DNA of 64,000 nucleotides from an uncultured Chitinophagaceae bacterium (lineage in GTDB: Bacteria > Bacteroidota > Bacteroidia > Chitinophagales > Chitinophagaceae), in NCBI GenBank assembly GCA_963742225.1, contig CAVULD010000006.1, positions 266,841-330,840 of the forward strand, written 5' to 3'. Of this stretch, positions 30,242-40,186 are shown piece by piece. Below the pieces are notes generated by a model. The model saw nothing but the letters and a program-made list of their open reading frames with translations. It was not told the origin of the DNA and made no database searches. The position numbers and the translations under genes are program-made. Each line of letters begins with the position of its first letter. The stretch's first letter is position 1.

Positions 30242-30333
30242 TTCAACCGCGCATAAACGATATCGTTGCAAGCCGTCGACCTTCTTGCCGGCGGCTTTGC
30301 TTTTAGCGTGGTCCAAGACCTGCGGATGCCGAC

Positions 30334-30807
30334 CTAACTCTTGGTTTGCTTTTCAAAAGCTTCATCCCGCGCCAGATGTTTGCCGTCCGCTGCGGAGGTG
30401 GCCAGTTCATCGCAGCGGTTGTTGAAGGGATTCTGAGCATGGCCCTTAACCCATATCAACTTGAGCTTGTATTTGGACGAAAGTTCGTAAAACCGTAGCC
30501 AGAGATCCTTGTTTTTCTTACCCCCCTTAAAATCGGTAGCGATCCAGTTTTGGAGCCAGCCTTCCTGGACGGCTTTGACGACGTATTGACTATCGCTATA
30601 GATAGTTACGTGCAAGCCTTCCTTTTTCAGGGCTTCCAGGCCCGCGATTACGGCCATCAGTTCCATGCGGTTGTTGGTGGTCAGCCGAAATCCTGCGGAC
30701 AATTCTTTTTGATGGTTTCCCCAAATCAAGATCGTCCCATAGCCTCCCGGACCTGGGTTTCCTCGAGAAGAGCCATCGGTATATATCAGCAACTGATCGG
30801 TTGACAA
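30334..30807 (-). CDS. rnhA: Ribonuclease HI
   Basis: YTDGSSRGNPGPGG, TTNNRMEL, SDSQY, WVKGHA..NNRCD. Confidence 0.97.
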   Translation of the reverse strand: MSTDQLLIYTDGSSRGNPGPGGYGTILIWGNHQKELSAGFRLTTNNRMELMAVIAGLEALKKEGLHVTIYSDSQYVVKAVQEGWLQNWIATDFKGGKKNKDLWLRFYELSSKYKLKLIWVKGHAQNPFNNRCDELATSAADGKHLARDEAFEKQTKS

Positions 30808-30885
30808 AGCCTTGTTTTTTTTGGTGATGGATCCCTCCGGGGGCGCCTGGCAGCAAGCGTAAGACCCGGCCCCACGATCCCCTGA

Positions 30886-32544
30886 TCAAACCTGCAGCAT
30901 CCCCATGTTGAATTCCCCAGCAGACGGGTTGTGCCCGACGGCCTTCAGACTCTCTGCGATGATTTGGCGGGTAGCTGCTGGATCTATAATGGCATCAATC
31001 CACAAGCGGGCTGCCGCATAGTATGGAGTGGTTTGTTTTTCGTACCGGTCTTTGATTTGGTCAAGCAGTCTTTTTTCTTCCGCCGGATCAATTTCGGCCC
31101 CTTGTGCCTTCAGAGATCCTACCTGGATCTGCAAGAGGGTCTTGGCTGCCTGATCACCACCCATGACCGCAATGCGGGCCGTTGGCCAGGCGTAAATAAA
31201 TCGCGGGTCGTATGCTTTTCCACACATGGCATAGTTACCCGCTCCATAGGAATTGCCGATGATGACGGTAATTTTTGGGACCACCGAATTGGCTACAGCA
31301 TTAACCAGTTTGGCGCCATCCTTGATGATGCCAGATTGTTCACTGCGGCTGCCTACCATAAAACCGGTGACATCCTGCAGGAAAATTAAGGGGATCTTCT
31401 TTTGATTGCAATTCATGATGAATCGGGCCGCCTTATCGGCGCTGTCGTTGTAAATGACACCGCCCATCTGCATTTCCCCCTTTTTGCTTTTCACGATTTT
31501 GCGCTGATTGGCAACCAATCCCACCGCCCAGCCATCTATGCGCGCGTAGCCACACAAAATCGTTTTGCCGTAGTGTTCCTTGAATTGCTGGAAGGAACTC
31601 TTGGCGTCTGCGGAACTGGACTGGTCCACGATTCGGTCAATGATATCCAACATATCATAAGGCTTGCTGTGATCCAGGGGAAAGATACCATAGAGTTCAG
31701 ACGGGTCCTTGAGTGTTTCTAGCGGCTTGGTGCGATCAAACCCTCCGGAGTCGGGAGTTTGCGTACGACCCAGTTTGCTCATGATGCTTCGGATCCTGTC
31801 GAGGCATTCTTGTTCGGTGGGGAATTTATAATCGGCAATGCCGGAAAGCGCCGTATGCGTTTCTGCACCACCCAGCGTTTCGGCATCTACCTCCTCGCCG
31901 ATGGCCGCCTTCACCAGGTAGGGTCCAGCCAGATAGATCGAACCATTTCCTTCCACCATCAGCGTTTCATCGCTCATGATGGGCAAATAGGCGCCGCCCG
32001 CCACACAGGCTCCCATCACTGCAGCTATTTGGGTAATACCCATCGCACTCATGCGCGCGTTGTTTCGAAAAATGCGGCCAAAATGCTCTTTGTCCGGAAA
32101 AATCTCATCCTGCATCGGCAAAAATACCCCCGCACTGTCCACCAGATAAATGACGGGCAGGTGGTTGTCCATGGCGATTTCTTGCATGCGGATATTCTTC
32201 TTGGCCGTGATCGGAAACCAGGCACCGGCTTTTACGGTTTGGTCATTGGCCACAATCACGCATTGCCTGCCGCTGACATACCCCAAGCCCGCTACCGTGC
32301 CCCCGGCGGGACATCCACCGTGTTCTGCATACATGTCAAATCCGGCAAAGGCACCGATTTCGATAAAGGCGGAACCGGAGTCAATCAGGTAATCGATGCG
32401 CTGCCGGGCAGTAAGCTTATTTTTGCGGTGCTGCCTGTCAATGGCTTTCTTGCCTCCACCCAGTAGAATCTTGTCTAACCTCATCCGCATCTGGCTTAGA
32501 GCCATTCGAATACTGTCGTCGTTCTTGTTAAATTCCAGGTCCAT
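30886..32544 (-). CDS. Acyl-CoA carboxylase beta subunit (methylcrotonyl-CoA carboxylase-like)
   Basis: ANDQTVKAG, VDSAGVFL, GACVAGGAY, QDVTGFMVG, GNSYGAGNYAMCG. Confidence 0.92.
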   Translation of the reverse strand: MDLEFNKNDDSIRMALSQMRMRLDKILLGGGKKAIDRQHRKNKLTARQRIDYLIDSGSAFIEIGAFAGFDMYAEHGGCPAGGTVAGLGYVSGRQCVIVANDQTVKAGAWFPITAKKNIRMQEIAMDNHLPVIYLVDSAGVFLPMQDEIFPDKEHFGRIFRNNARMSAMGITQIAAVMGACVAGGAYLPIMSDETLMVEGNGSIYLAGPYLVKAAIGEEVDAETLGGAETHTALSGIADYKFPTEQECLDRIRSIMSKLGRTQTPDSGGFDRTKPLETLKDPSELYGIFPLDHSKPYDMLDIIDRIVDQSSSADAKSSFQQFKEHYGKTILCGYARIDGWAVGLVANQRKIVKSKKGEMQMGGVIYNDSADKAARFIMNCNQKKIPLIFLQDVTGFMVGSRSEQSGIIKDGAKLVNAVANSVVPKITVIIGNSYGAGNYAMCGKAYDPRFIYAWPTARIAVMGGDQAAKTLLQIQVGSLKAQGAEIDPAEEKRLLDQIKDRYEKQTTPYYAAARLWIDAIIDPAATRQIIAESLKAVGHNPSAGEFNMGMLQV

Positions 32545-32600
32545 AGCGGAGTTTATGGTGTGCAATTTAAGATTGAAGCAGTAATATTGAACTATTTTTC

Positions 32601-33689
32601 ATGCGGATGTTAGCAATACGAAATGCAAAGTGGATCACTTTGATCGGGCTCGCAGTGGCCATTAAACTCTTTTCTTTTTTTCCTGCAGCTGTGGAGCGGT
32701 ATTATTCAACGGGCATCTATCCGGGGATTGCGCTGGTATTGCGCGCTGCTCTGGGTTGGGTCCCATTCAGCGTAGGGGATCTGGTTTATCTTTTCGCCTT
32801 GATCTGGCTGCTGATCCGCCTGGTGCGGGTGATCCGACAATTGGCTGGCAGGCAACTGGGCCGGCAGTGGTGGATCCGGGGGCTGCGCAAATTGGCCGCC
32901 GCTGTGTTGATCCTGTACGTCACATTTAATATGCTTTGGGGGCTCAATTACGACCGACTCGGTGTAGCCTTCCAGTTGCAACTTAATCCCCAGCCCTATA
33001 CGAACGTGGAGCTACAGAACCTGGTCGAATTAATCGTACAAAGGTTAAATCAACTGGATTCCATGTCCCGGGTCCAGCGACCCGAACTACAAAGCAAGCG
33101 ATTTGTTTTTTCGGCGGCGGATAGAGCCTACCAAAGTCTTGGGCTTCAGGATTCGAGGTTCGTCTACCGGGTTCGTTCCGTGAAGCCTTCTTTATATAGT
33201 TACCTAGGTAATTATTTGGGTTTCGCGGGCTACTACAATCCTTTTTCCGGGGAAGCGCAGGTCAATACTACCATTCCGGTGTTCACCCAGCCTTTCACCT
33301 CCTGCCATGAAATGGGCCATCAACTGGGCTATGCCCAGGAGAACGAGGCCAATTTTGCGGGGTACATGGCCACCAAATCCTCGCCGGATCCTGCCGTTCG
33401 CTACTCGGTATATTTTGATCTGTACCAATATGCGGCCAGTGAATTGTATCTGCGCGATTCGACACGGCTAATACCCCTGCGGGCGCAGTTGCATCACGAT
33501 ATCCGCATGGACTACCAGGAACTGGTGCGTTTTAACCGCAGGTATCAAAATCCGCTGGAGCCCTTGATCCAGAAATTGTATGGGAGATACCTCAGAGCCA
33601 ATAACCAACCCCAGGGCATTATGACCTACGATGAAGTGACTGGCCTGGTCATGGCCTATTGCCGCAAATATGGAAAGGCGGCCTTTTGA
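32601..33689 (+). CDS. DUF3810 family membrane-anchored putative zinc metallopeptidase
   Basis: N-terminal TMs, WGLNY, YYNPFSGEAQVN, HEMGHQLGYAQENEAN. Confidence 0.8.
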   Translation: MRMLAIRNAKWITLIGLAVAIKLFSFFPAAVERYYSTGIYPGIALVLRAALGWVPFSVGDLVYLFALIWLLIRLVRVIRQLAGRQLGRQWWIRGLRKLAAAVLILYVTFNMLWGLNYDRLGVAFQLQLNPQPYTNVELQNLVELIVQRLNQLDSMSRVQRPELQSKRFVFSAADRAYQSLGLQDSRFVYRVRSVKPSLYSYLGNYLGFAGYYNPFSGEAQVNTTIPVFTQPFTSCHEMGHQLGYAQENEANFAGYMATKSSPDPAVRYSVYFDLYQYAASELYLRDSTRLIPLRAQLHHDIRMDYQELVRFNRRYQNPLEPLIQKLYGRYLRANNQPQGIMTYDEVTGLVMAYCRKYGKAAF

Positions 33690-33741
33690 TAACGCGTGGT
33701 CGCAACAGCTGTGAGTGCGGGGGCCTGCGCTGGTCCGGACA

Positions 33742-34278
33742 CTAGAATTTGTTCTTCCACATCATGCTCTCCACGGGCTTGTCCGGCTGACCATTGTACT
33801 TGGCATCTTTTTTCTGGTTGTATTTGACTTCGATATCTCCTTCCACCGGAAAATAAATCAGTTGGCCAATCGGCATGCCTTTGTATACGCGCACCGGTTG
33901 CTTTACGGAAATTTCCAAGGTCCAATGCCCGCAAAATCCGACATCCCCTTTGCCTGCCGTTGCATGGATATCAATCCCCAGACGACCGGTAGAGGACTTG
34001 CCCTCCAGGAACGGTACGTGGGCCAGCGTCTCGGTATATTCCAGGGTCGCACCCAAGTAAAATACATGTGGTTGGAGCACGAACCCCTCATCGGGAATTT
34101 CGAAGTGGTCGATGAGGTTGTGTTTGCGCGCATCGATGACTTCATCGCGGTATTTGGCAAGCCATTTGCCTAAATGCACATCGTAGGAATTGCTTCCCAA
34201 ACAGGAACGGTCATAGGGAACAATCTTGATGTTGCCGTTGGCAATTTCTTCGAGAATACGCAGATCAGATAAAATCAT
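33742..34278 (-). CDS. dcd: dCTP deaminase
   Basis: MILSD, NSYDVHL, EGKSSTGRLG, GHWTLEI, IGQLIYF. Confidence 0.95.
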   Translation of the reverse strand: MILSDLRILEEIANGNIKIVPYDRSCLGSNSYDVHLGKWLAKYRDEVIDARKHNLIDHFEIPDEGFVLQPHVFYLGATLEYTETLAHVPFLEGKSSTGRLGIDIHATAGKGDVGFCGHWTLEISVKQPVRVYKGMPIGQLIYFPVEGDIEVKYNQKKDAKYNGQPDKPVESMMWKNKF

Positions 34279-34357
34279 CTTGAAAGTAAAATGGGTTGAC
34301 GAACTTTGATTGGTTAAACCTACTTGAGTTTGCGAATTTGCCGTTAAGTTTTCATAT

Positions 34358-35020
34358 ATGTCTTTATTTTATCAACATGATATCAACCAGGACACGAAGT
34401 TAGGTGTTTGGCATATTGAAGAACCGGAATGGTATTTTCTATCCAAAGTGCCCCTGAAGCGTGATGTCTCCCATCCGCGCAAACGCCTGCAACATTTGGC
34501 CGGAAGGTTCCTGTTGCCGAGCTTGTTTGGGGATTTTCCCCTGGCCGATATTCTGATTGCCGACACCCACAGGCCGTACTTGGAAAACGAGCAGTACCAT
34601 TTTTCCATTTCCCATTGCGGGGAATTTGCAGCGGCACTCGTAAGCCGGGCCAGTAGGGTGGGTATCGATCTGGAAATCATAGACGAGCGGATTGAGCGGA
34701 TTCGGGATAAATTTCTAACGCCTGTTGAGCTGCAATGGGCACGCGATCAATGGGCACATGTAGATACGGCGTCAAGCGGAACGGCCGCTGGGACGGAGCT
34801 CGCAATGCTCACGACACTTTGGTCTTGTAAGGAAGCCATGTTCAAATGGTATGGGCTCGGTCAAGTAGATTTTAAACGACATATGACGCTCGATGGCCCC
34901 ATCCTGCGCACCGAAGACGGCCTTTGGTTGGATTTTGCGTTTCGCAAAATCCAACCACTTCGTCTACGGGTAGGGGTGAAGCTTTGGGACGACCTCGTTC
35001 TGGCCTGGATGGTGGCTTAG
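34358..35020 (+). CDS. 4'-phosphopantetheinyl transferase superfamily protein
   Basis: FSISHC, VGIDLE, WSCKEAMFK. Confidence 0.9.
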   Translation: MSLFYQHDINQDTKLGVWHIEEPEWYFLSKVPLKRDVSHPRKRLQHLAGRFLLPSLFGDFPLADILIADTHRPYLENEQYHFSISHCGEFAAALVSRASRVGIDLEIIDERIERIRDKFLTPVELQWARDQWAHVDTASSGTAAGTELAMLTTLWSCKEAMFKWYGLGQVDFKRHMTLDGPILRTEDGLWLDFAFRKIQPLRLRVGVKLWDDLVLAWMVA

Positions 35021-35051
35021 CCAGAGCGGATGGGTGCTTGGGGATCCACCT

Positions 35052-36329
35052 CTATTCATCCAAGAAGTTCACGTCTTCGGTGTCCTCCAGCAAACCCAGG
35101 TCGATGGCGTCTTGGCCCGCAATGCCTTCCACCGACCCTTTGATGTGCGCGGCGTTCAGGAGCACTTTTTCCAGTTGTTTTTCCCTGGACTTCCACAATT
35201 TTTCCATCGCATCCCGTTCCCGTTGGATAGACTGCTTCATCGATATGAATCCTTCCCGGATGGCTTTCCACTGTTCGCCAAATTCATGGCTGGTCAAGTA
35301 ATGGTACAGCAAATGCATCTTGTCGCCTTTGTGGTCCTGGGCTTTGGCGGCCAAATAGATTTTGATGATGCCGTCGCGCAGGGCATGAACCAAGGGTTTG
35401 ACCTCGGCCAAGCTGCAGATCCAAACTCCGTCTTTTTCACCGAAGCGCTCCATCTCTTTGGGCAGGGTCTTGGTCACGATAACGGCCAGCTGTGCGCCCT
35501 GGCTGCGCATGTCGGCTTTGAGTTTTTCTATCCAGTCCGCGTTGAACAATTCGGCCCGCTTGCTTTCAAAGATGATCTTGCCACATTCCTGACCCAGGCT
35601 ATTTTTGACCGTCTGTACACAATCCGCTCCACGCTTGCCTTTGCCCACTTCGCTAATCTGGTCGAAGGGGAAAGCCGCTTTAAGAAGTTCCTCCAAGGCC
35701 AATTCCTGCGCTTCGCCCTGCAATTGCATGGAACCTTGGTCCGCCTTGCGCTTCATTTCCTCGGCCAGTTTCTTTTGGTCTTCGAGCTGCTTTTCCAACT
35801 CCCGGAGGCGCAATTGAAACTCGGTTTCCTTGGAGGCCGTCTTTTGTTCCTCCAGTTTGCGCAACTCCTCGATCAGTTTGGATCGCTCGTCGTTGAGTTT
35901 GCGCTGTATCGATAAATCCAGCTCGGCCTCCTTGGTCCGCAGGGCCTGCTCCTGCTGCAGGAAGTCCAGTTCCCGCTGGCGGGCCTCTTTGAGTTTTTCT
36001 TCCGACTCCTTATTGGATTGCTGCAAAAACCGAAGACGATGTTCAAAATCGGAGCTGATCGTGCGGCGCAAGCTTTCTTCCAGACTCTGCTGCAGGGATT
36101 TCTTTTCTTGGGTGAGTAGTTTATCAAACCCGTCTTGCTGCAGGGCGAGTTGCTTGTGCAAGTCGGTCATTTTTTGTTGGTATTCGTCTTCCTTTTTTTT
36201 GGTAAAGGCGATCATTTGTTCACGCAGTTCCTGCTTATACTCCTCCGAAACCGCTTCTTCCATGGGGAACAAGTGACCACACTGCGGACATTTTATGGTT
36301 GTAGGCATGCCTGGGCTATTTTCCTGCAA
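35052..36329 (-). CDS. DUF2130 domain protein (Zn-knuckle, long coiled coil, nuclease-like C-terminus)
   Basis: CPQCGH, E/K/Q/L-rich heptads, GSMQLQGE, GADCVQ...IIFESKR. Confidence 0.8.
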   Translation of the reverse strand: MQENSPGMPTTIKCPQCGHLFPMEEAVSEEYKQELREQMIAFTKKKEDEYQQKMTDLHKQLALQQDGFDKLLTQEKKSLQQSLEESLRRTISSDFEHRLRFLQQSNKESEEKLKEARQRELDFLQQEQALRTKEAELDLSIQRKLNDERSKLIEELRKLEEQKTASKETEFQLRLRELEKQLEDQKKLAEEMKRKADQGSMQLQGEAQELALEELLKAAFPFDQISEVGKGKRGADCVQTVKNSLGQECGKIIFESKRAELFNADWIEKLKADMRSQGAQLAVIVTKTLPKEMERFGEKDGVWICSLAEVKPLVHALRDGIIKIYLAAKAQDHKGDKMHLLYHYLTSHEFGEQWKAIREGFISMKQSIQRERDAMEKLWKSREKQLEKVLLNAAHIKGSVEGIAGQDAIDLGLLEDTEDVNFLDE

Positions 36330-36420
36330 GTTTACGATAAGTAAGGGGAGTCGCCTGCTGCAATTTCCAGCACGAGGACCGAGCTTGGACCGCCTCGCCG
36401 ATGGGGGGGTAATTGGAGCT

Positions 36421-37308
36421 TTAGTTTTTCACCCGAAAGTTAAAGACCAGGGTCCCCATGGATTCATCGCCGGTGGCATTAAATTTTATCTGTTTGGCTT
36501 TGCGTAGCGCGATGGCTTTCATTGATGGATCCGAGGTCGTCGATCCGCGGGGTTGGTAGGTCGCATCCACTACCTGGCCCGTGCCGTCGACATGGATATC
36601 TACCGCAATTTTTGCGTTGTCCGTGAAATCGTCCGTGAACGCAGGAAGGCTATTCATTTTTCTTCCCACCAAACCGTTGGAGATCCGCACGCCGGAATTG
36701 CCGTTTCCTCCTCCCGTATAGCTGGTCGCATTGGGGTCTCCGCCCGGCCGGCCTTGGTCACCCTTGCCCCCGGCAATACCCTGATTGCTGCCGGGCTTGT
36801 AATCATCGGCATCGTTTCCTCCACTGGACGTGCCACTCACACCATGGAAGACGGCCTTCGGCTTGGGTGGTGCAGGCGTGGGTTCGACCACAGGAGTTAC
36901 CACTTTAACCGGCTTATTTTTGGAGAGGTCCTTATCGGGGATCTTGGTCGCGTTGGGTTTGGTGACAGCGGGTTTTTTTATGGCCGGAGCGTCCAGGTTC
37001 TTGTCGTCGGTCTCGACGTCTTTATAGGCTGTTTTCTCCACCACCGTCTGTTTGGGGGGCGAATATTTTTGCTGGTCTTCGGCGGCGGGTTTGCCCGGCA
37101 AAAAGGGTTGTTTGTCTCCAAGCCCCATGTCGCTGTTGCCTAAATTTACTTCTATGCCCTGGTCAATTGGCAGGGCCGGGGGGACGGGCTCGGAAAAGGT
37201 GACCCAAAATATCGCCAGCAGCAACAGCAGGCAAATAGCGAGCGTATAACCGGTAGCTTCCCAGTTCTTGCGAGCTTCAAAATGGTCGGATGCGTAGGTC
37301 GAATTCAC
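36421..37308 (-). CDS. TonB/TolA-like energy transducer
   Basis: N-terminal TM, P/K-rich linker, Gly-rich segment, C-terminal TonB-C-like domain. Confidence 0.7.
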   Translation of the reverse strand: MNSTYASDHFEARKNWEATGYTLAICLLLLLAIFWVTFSEPVPPALPIDQGIEVNLGNSDMGLGDKQPFLPGKPAAEDQQKYSPPKQTVVEKTAYKDVETDDKNLDAPAIKKPAVTKPNATKIPDKDLSKNKPVKVVTPVVEPTPAPPKPKAVFHGVSGTSSGGNDADDYKPGSNQGIAGGKGDQGRPGGDPNATSYTGGGNGNSGVRISNGLVGRKMNSLPAFTDDFTDNAKIAVDIHVDGTGQVVDATYQPRGSTTSDPSMKAIALRKAKQIKFNATGDESMGTLVFNFRVKN

Positions 37309-37411
37309 CTTGCGAATATAGCAAAAGTTGAGCCCCGGGAAAGAGGGAAAATGTTAATTGTTACCCACCGGCGTACCGGACATGCAGCTTGTGAATTGTG
37401 CCCGTTGGGGA

Positions 37412-38128
37412 TCAGCCCACCTGGTGGTAAATAAATGAAGGCATCCACTTCATCAGCTGCGCAATGAGCCACCAGCGCCGGGTAACAAAGACCCTCCACT
37501 TTTTCTCTTCGATCGCCCGATGGATTTGCCGGGCAGCTTTTTGCGGCGAGGCCACCCAAAACCGCTTATTGCCCTTGGCCATTTTGGTGTCAACAAACCC
37601 GGGTTGAATATCGGTAATAAAAATCGGCAGCTTATTCTTCTTGACCTTCATGTGGAGGCCCTCCAGATAAACACTCTGAAACGCCTTGGACGCGTTGTAG
37701 GCAGGGGCGAAACTACTGCCGCGTTGCGATGCTACCGAGGAGGTCGTGGCCAGTTGCCCGCTTCCCTGCGTCAAAAAGTACGAGTATCCGTAACTGATCA
37801 GATCCAGAAAACCTTTTACGTTGGTGCGTGTGGTGGTTTGGTCGATGGCCCAATCCAGGTCTTCACTTACTTCTCCATAGCCTGCGTTATAGACCAGTAA
37901 ATCCATGCCGCCCATTTTATCGATCAGGGCGCGCAGTTGCGCGACGTTATCGGGGCTGGTGGCGTCGAAGCATTGGGTGATGACGTTGTTGGGATACTCC
38001 AATTGCAGACTGTACAGCAAATCCTGACGTCGACCTGTAACGCCGACCAGACCGCCTTCGGAGGCGTAGATCTTGGCCAGCTCCCGACCGATTCCTGAGG
38101 TGGCGCCAATGATGATGGTTTTTTTCAT
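37412..38128 (-). CDS. SDR family NAD(P)-dependent oxidoreductase
   Basis: IIGATSGIG, YNAG, YNASK. Confidence 0.92.
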   Translation of the reverse strand: MKKTIIIGATSGIGRELAKIYASEGGLVGVTGRRQDLLYSLQLEYPNNVITQCFDATSPDNVAQLRALIDKMGGMDLLVYNAGYGEVSEDLDWAIDQTTTRTNVKGFLDLISYGYSYFLTQGSGQLATTSSVASQRGSSFAPAYNASKAFQSVYLEGLHMKVKKNKLPIFITDIQPGFVDTKMAKGNKRFWVASPQKAARQIHRAIEEKKWRVFVTRRWWLIAQLMKWMPSFIYHQVG

Positions 38129-38267
38129 AGTGGATGATTTGTTATCCTCTTCATGGATGAGTTAGGTATACTGACCCGGCAAGAATTATACCTCGTTTTC
38201 CTCTTGGGGACCAGATGGGCAGATCGCCCCGGATTCCAAACTGGTCCTGGGCGTTCTGGTTTAGTGT

Positions 38268-39569
38268 TTAGTGGGCGAAATCCGATTCAAAGCGCCCCTT
38301 AATGCGTTCCATCGGGGGATTGAAGTAGCCAAATTTAACAGAGGGGAATTCTTCCTGGATCAAGTCCATGAGTTGACGCACTCCCAGGCATTCACCCGTA
38401 TCGGTTTGCCCAATTTTGCCCAGGTACCAGTCAGGGTCTATGTTAAAATTGCGCCATTGAATCATCTGTAGATCTGTCTGGCGGATTAGCAGACGCAGGG
38501 CTTCATATTCTTCTACGCTATCGGTCATGCCAGGAAAAACAAAATAGTTGATGGAGGTCCAGCCGCCAAAACTGCGCACGACCCGCAGAGATTCCACGAT
38601 GTCTTTGAACACGTAGTTATTGGGCCGGTAGTACGCTTCGTAAATGTTCTTGCGGGCGCTGTTGGTGCTGACGCGGATGGAGTCTAGGCCGGCCTCACAA
38701 AGGGCGCGCACCGCGTCTGGCCGCGAGCCGTTGGTGTTGATGTTGATACTTCCGCGCCCGGAGTGTTTGCGCATTTGGCGGATGGCCTCAGCAATCGTTT
38801 CCCACATGAGCAGCGGTTCACCTTCACAGCCCTGTCCAAAGCTGACGATGGGATAGGGCGCTGTTTGCAGATGCGGCACCGTGAACTCGACGATTTCTTC
38901 CGCCAGCGGCCGGAAGTCGAGCCGGTCCTGGGTGGAAGAAATGGATTCCTCCTGGGGCTGGAAGGAAATGCAGCCGATACAATTGGCGTTGCAGGCAGGT
39001 GAGGTAGGCACGGGACATTCCCAACGGCCGAGTGCAAAGTTGCGGGCCGCCGGACACTGGTAGGTGAGACAACAATTATCCATCAGGTGACGCACCAACC
39101 GGTTCTCTGGGTAGGCTTGCAGCAGCCGCGCGGCGCCACGTTGGATCTGCTCTTGGTCGTAGCCCACCTGTTCCTGGCGGATGTCTTGTTCAATGCGCAA
39201 AGCTGGCACCAGGAATTTCCCCTCCCTCCAGGCCGCCGCCGTGTAACAAAAAAGCGGGAGGGTAGGAGCACCCCGCTCCGTCTCATAAGCGGCCAGGTAC
39301 AGGCCCGTATGCGCAGGGGGGATGAAGGCAGCCACGGCCCACCCCTTTTGACAGAGCCGCATTTGCCCACTGCGCACGTCGATGCCAATGGCTCGCCTGC
39401 CGGGAAGCTCGTACAATGACCCGCCCGCAGGCAGCTCCGTCCAATCGCCCTCGGGTACCGGCAAGGCGTCCCAACCGCTGCGACCGCTGGCTAGCAGGGT
39501 TTTGTCTTCAAATATGTTCCCTTTTCCATCGGAATAAACCAGGAAGGGTGATTGTGGTGCTCTGCGCAT
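38268..39569 (-). CDS. Radical SAM protein of unknown function
   Basis: CNANCIGC triad at 38970-38993, FGQGCEGEP, NTNGS. Confidence 0.9.
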   Translation of the reverse strand: MRRAPQSPFLVYSDGKGNIFEDKTLLASGRSGWDALPVPEGDWTELPAGGSLYELPGRRAIGIDVRSGQMRLCQKGWAVAAFIPPAHTGLYLAAYETERGAPTLPLFCYTAAAWREGKFLVPALRIEQDIRQEQVGYDQEQIQRGAARLLQAYPENRLVRHLMDNCCLTYQCPAARNFALGRWECPVPTSPACNANCIGCISFQPQEESISSTQDRLDFRPLAEEIVEFTVPHLQTAPYPIVSFGQGCEGEPLLMWETIAEAIRQMRKHSGRGSININTNGSRPDAVRALCEAGLDSIRVSTNSARKNIYEAYYRPNNYVFKDIVESLRVVRSFGGWTSINYFVFPGMTDSVEEYEALRLLIRQTDLQMIQWRNFNIDPDWYLGKIGQTDTGECLGVRQLMDLIQEEFPSVKFGYFNPPMERIKGRFESDFAH

Positions 39570-39625
39570 AGAATACAAGCTAAGGCCCATGGAAGCAAGG
39601 GGCTAGCGGATGCAAATTTCGTAAA

Positions 39626-40186
39626 TTAATTGGAACTCCTCGAAAGGGTGAGTTGTTGGTGGCAATAGGCGTTGAACTCCTCCTCATCAGCATCGTCATC
39701 CTCCTCTTCCTGGGTTTCACGCTGGATCAATTTATTGCTTCGCAAATCCAGAGTTAGCAGGCCGTCTTTGAGTACGATGTTGTTAAAATCCCCCCAGCGG
39801 TAGGTTTTTTTGGGTAAGCTATTGATCTGCACCCGGTCCTGGGTAAATCCGACTTCCAGTGGACGTTTGGCCTGGTATTCGAAAAATTCCAGGGCGAAAT
39901 ACAGCAGGGCGAACCATTTCAGGTAGGGCATCATGATCCAAAATAGGCCAGCCACCAGTAGCCAGTTGCGGTAACGCGGGCGCCGTCCCTTACGGGTGGC
40001 TATCCAATTGATCACTACCCCGCTGCCCATCACGAGGGCTTGGGCTGTGAGCAGCAGATTGAAGCGGGCCGTTCGGACTTGTTCCCAGATGGGTACCGCG
40101 GTGGAAAAGCAGCATAGACAGAAGCTGATTCCGTCGATGTACTTCTCGTTGGTTTTTTTTAACGTGACGACGTATTGAAATTGCAT
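39626..40186 (-). CDS. Hypothetical membrane protein
   Basis: Four hydrophobic segments, then a soluble beta-rich tail and an acidic stretch. Confidence 0.7.
   Translation of the reverse strand: MQFQYVVTLKKTNEKYIDGISFCLCCFSTAVPIWEQVRTARFNLLLTAQALVMGSGVVINWIATRKGRRPRYRNWLLVAGLFWIMMPYLKWFALLYFALEFFEYQAKRPLEVGFTQDRVQINSLPKKTYRWGDFNNIVLKDGLLTLDLRSNKLIQRETQEEEDDDADEEEFNAYCHQQLTLSRSSN

Noticed and set aside
34358-35020. PPTase as a sign of an NRPS/PKS cluster
   Set aside because: No carrier-protein, NRPS or PKS genes in the window; most likely primary ACP activation.
35034-35915. 293-aa ORF antisense to DUF2130
   Set aside because: Its F/L/Q richness mirrors the E/K codons of the real coiled-coil gene.
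38170-38250. Short inverted repeats upstream of the SDR gene (AGGTATA/TATACCT, GGACCAG/CTGGTCC); similar at 61985-62025
   Set aside because: Stems of 7 bp with long spacers and no U tract; not distinguishable from chance without conservation data.
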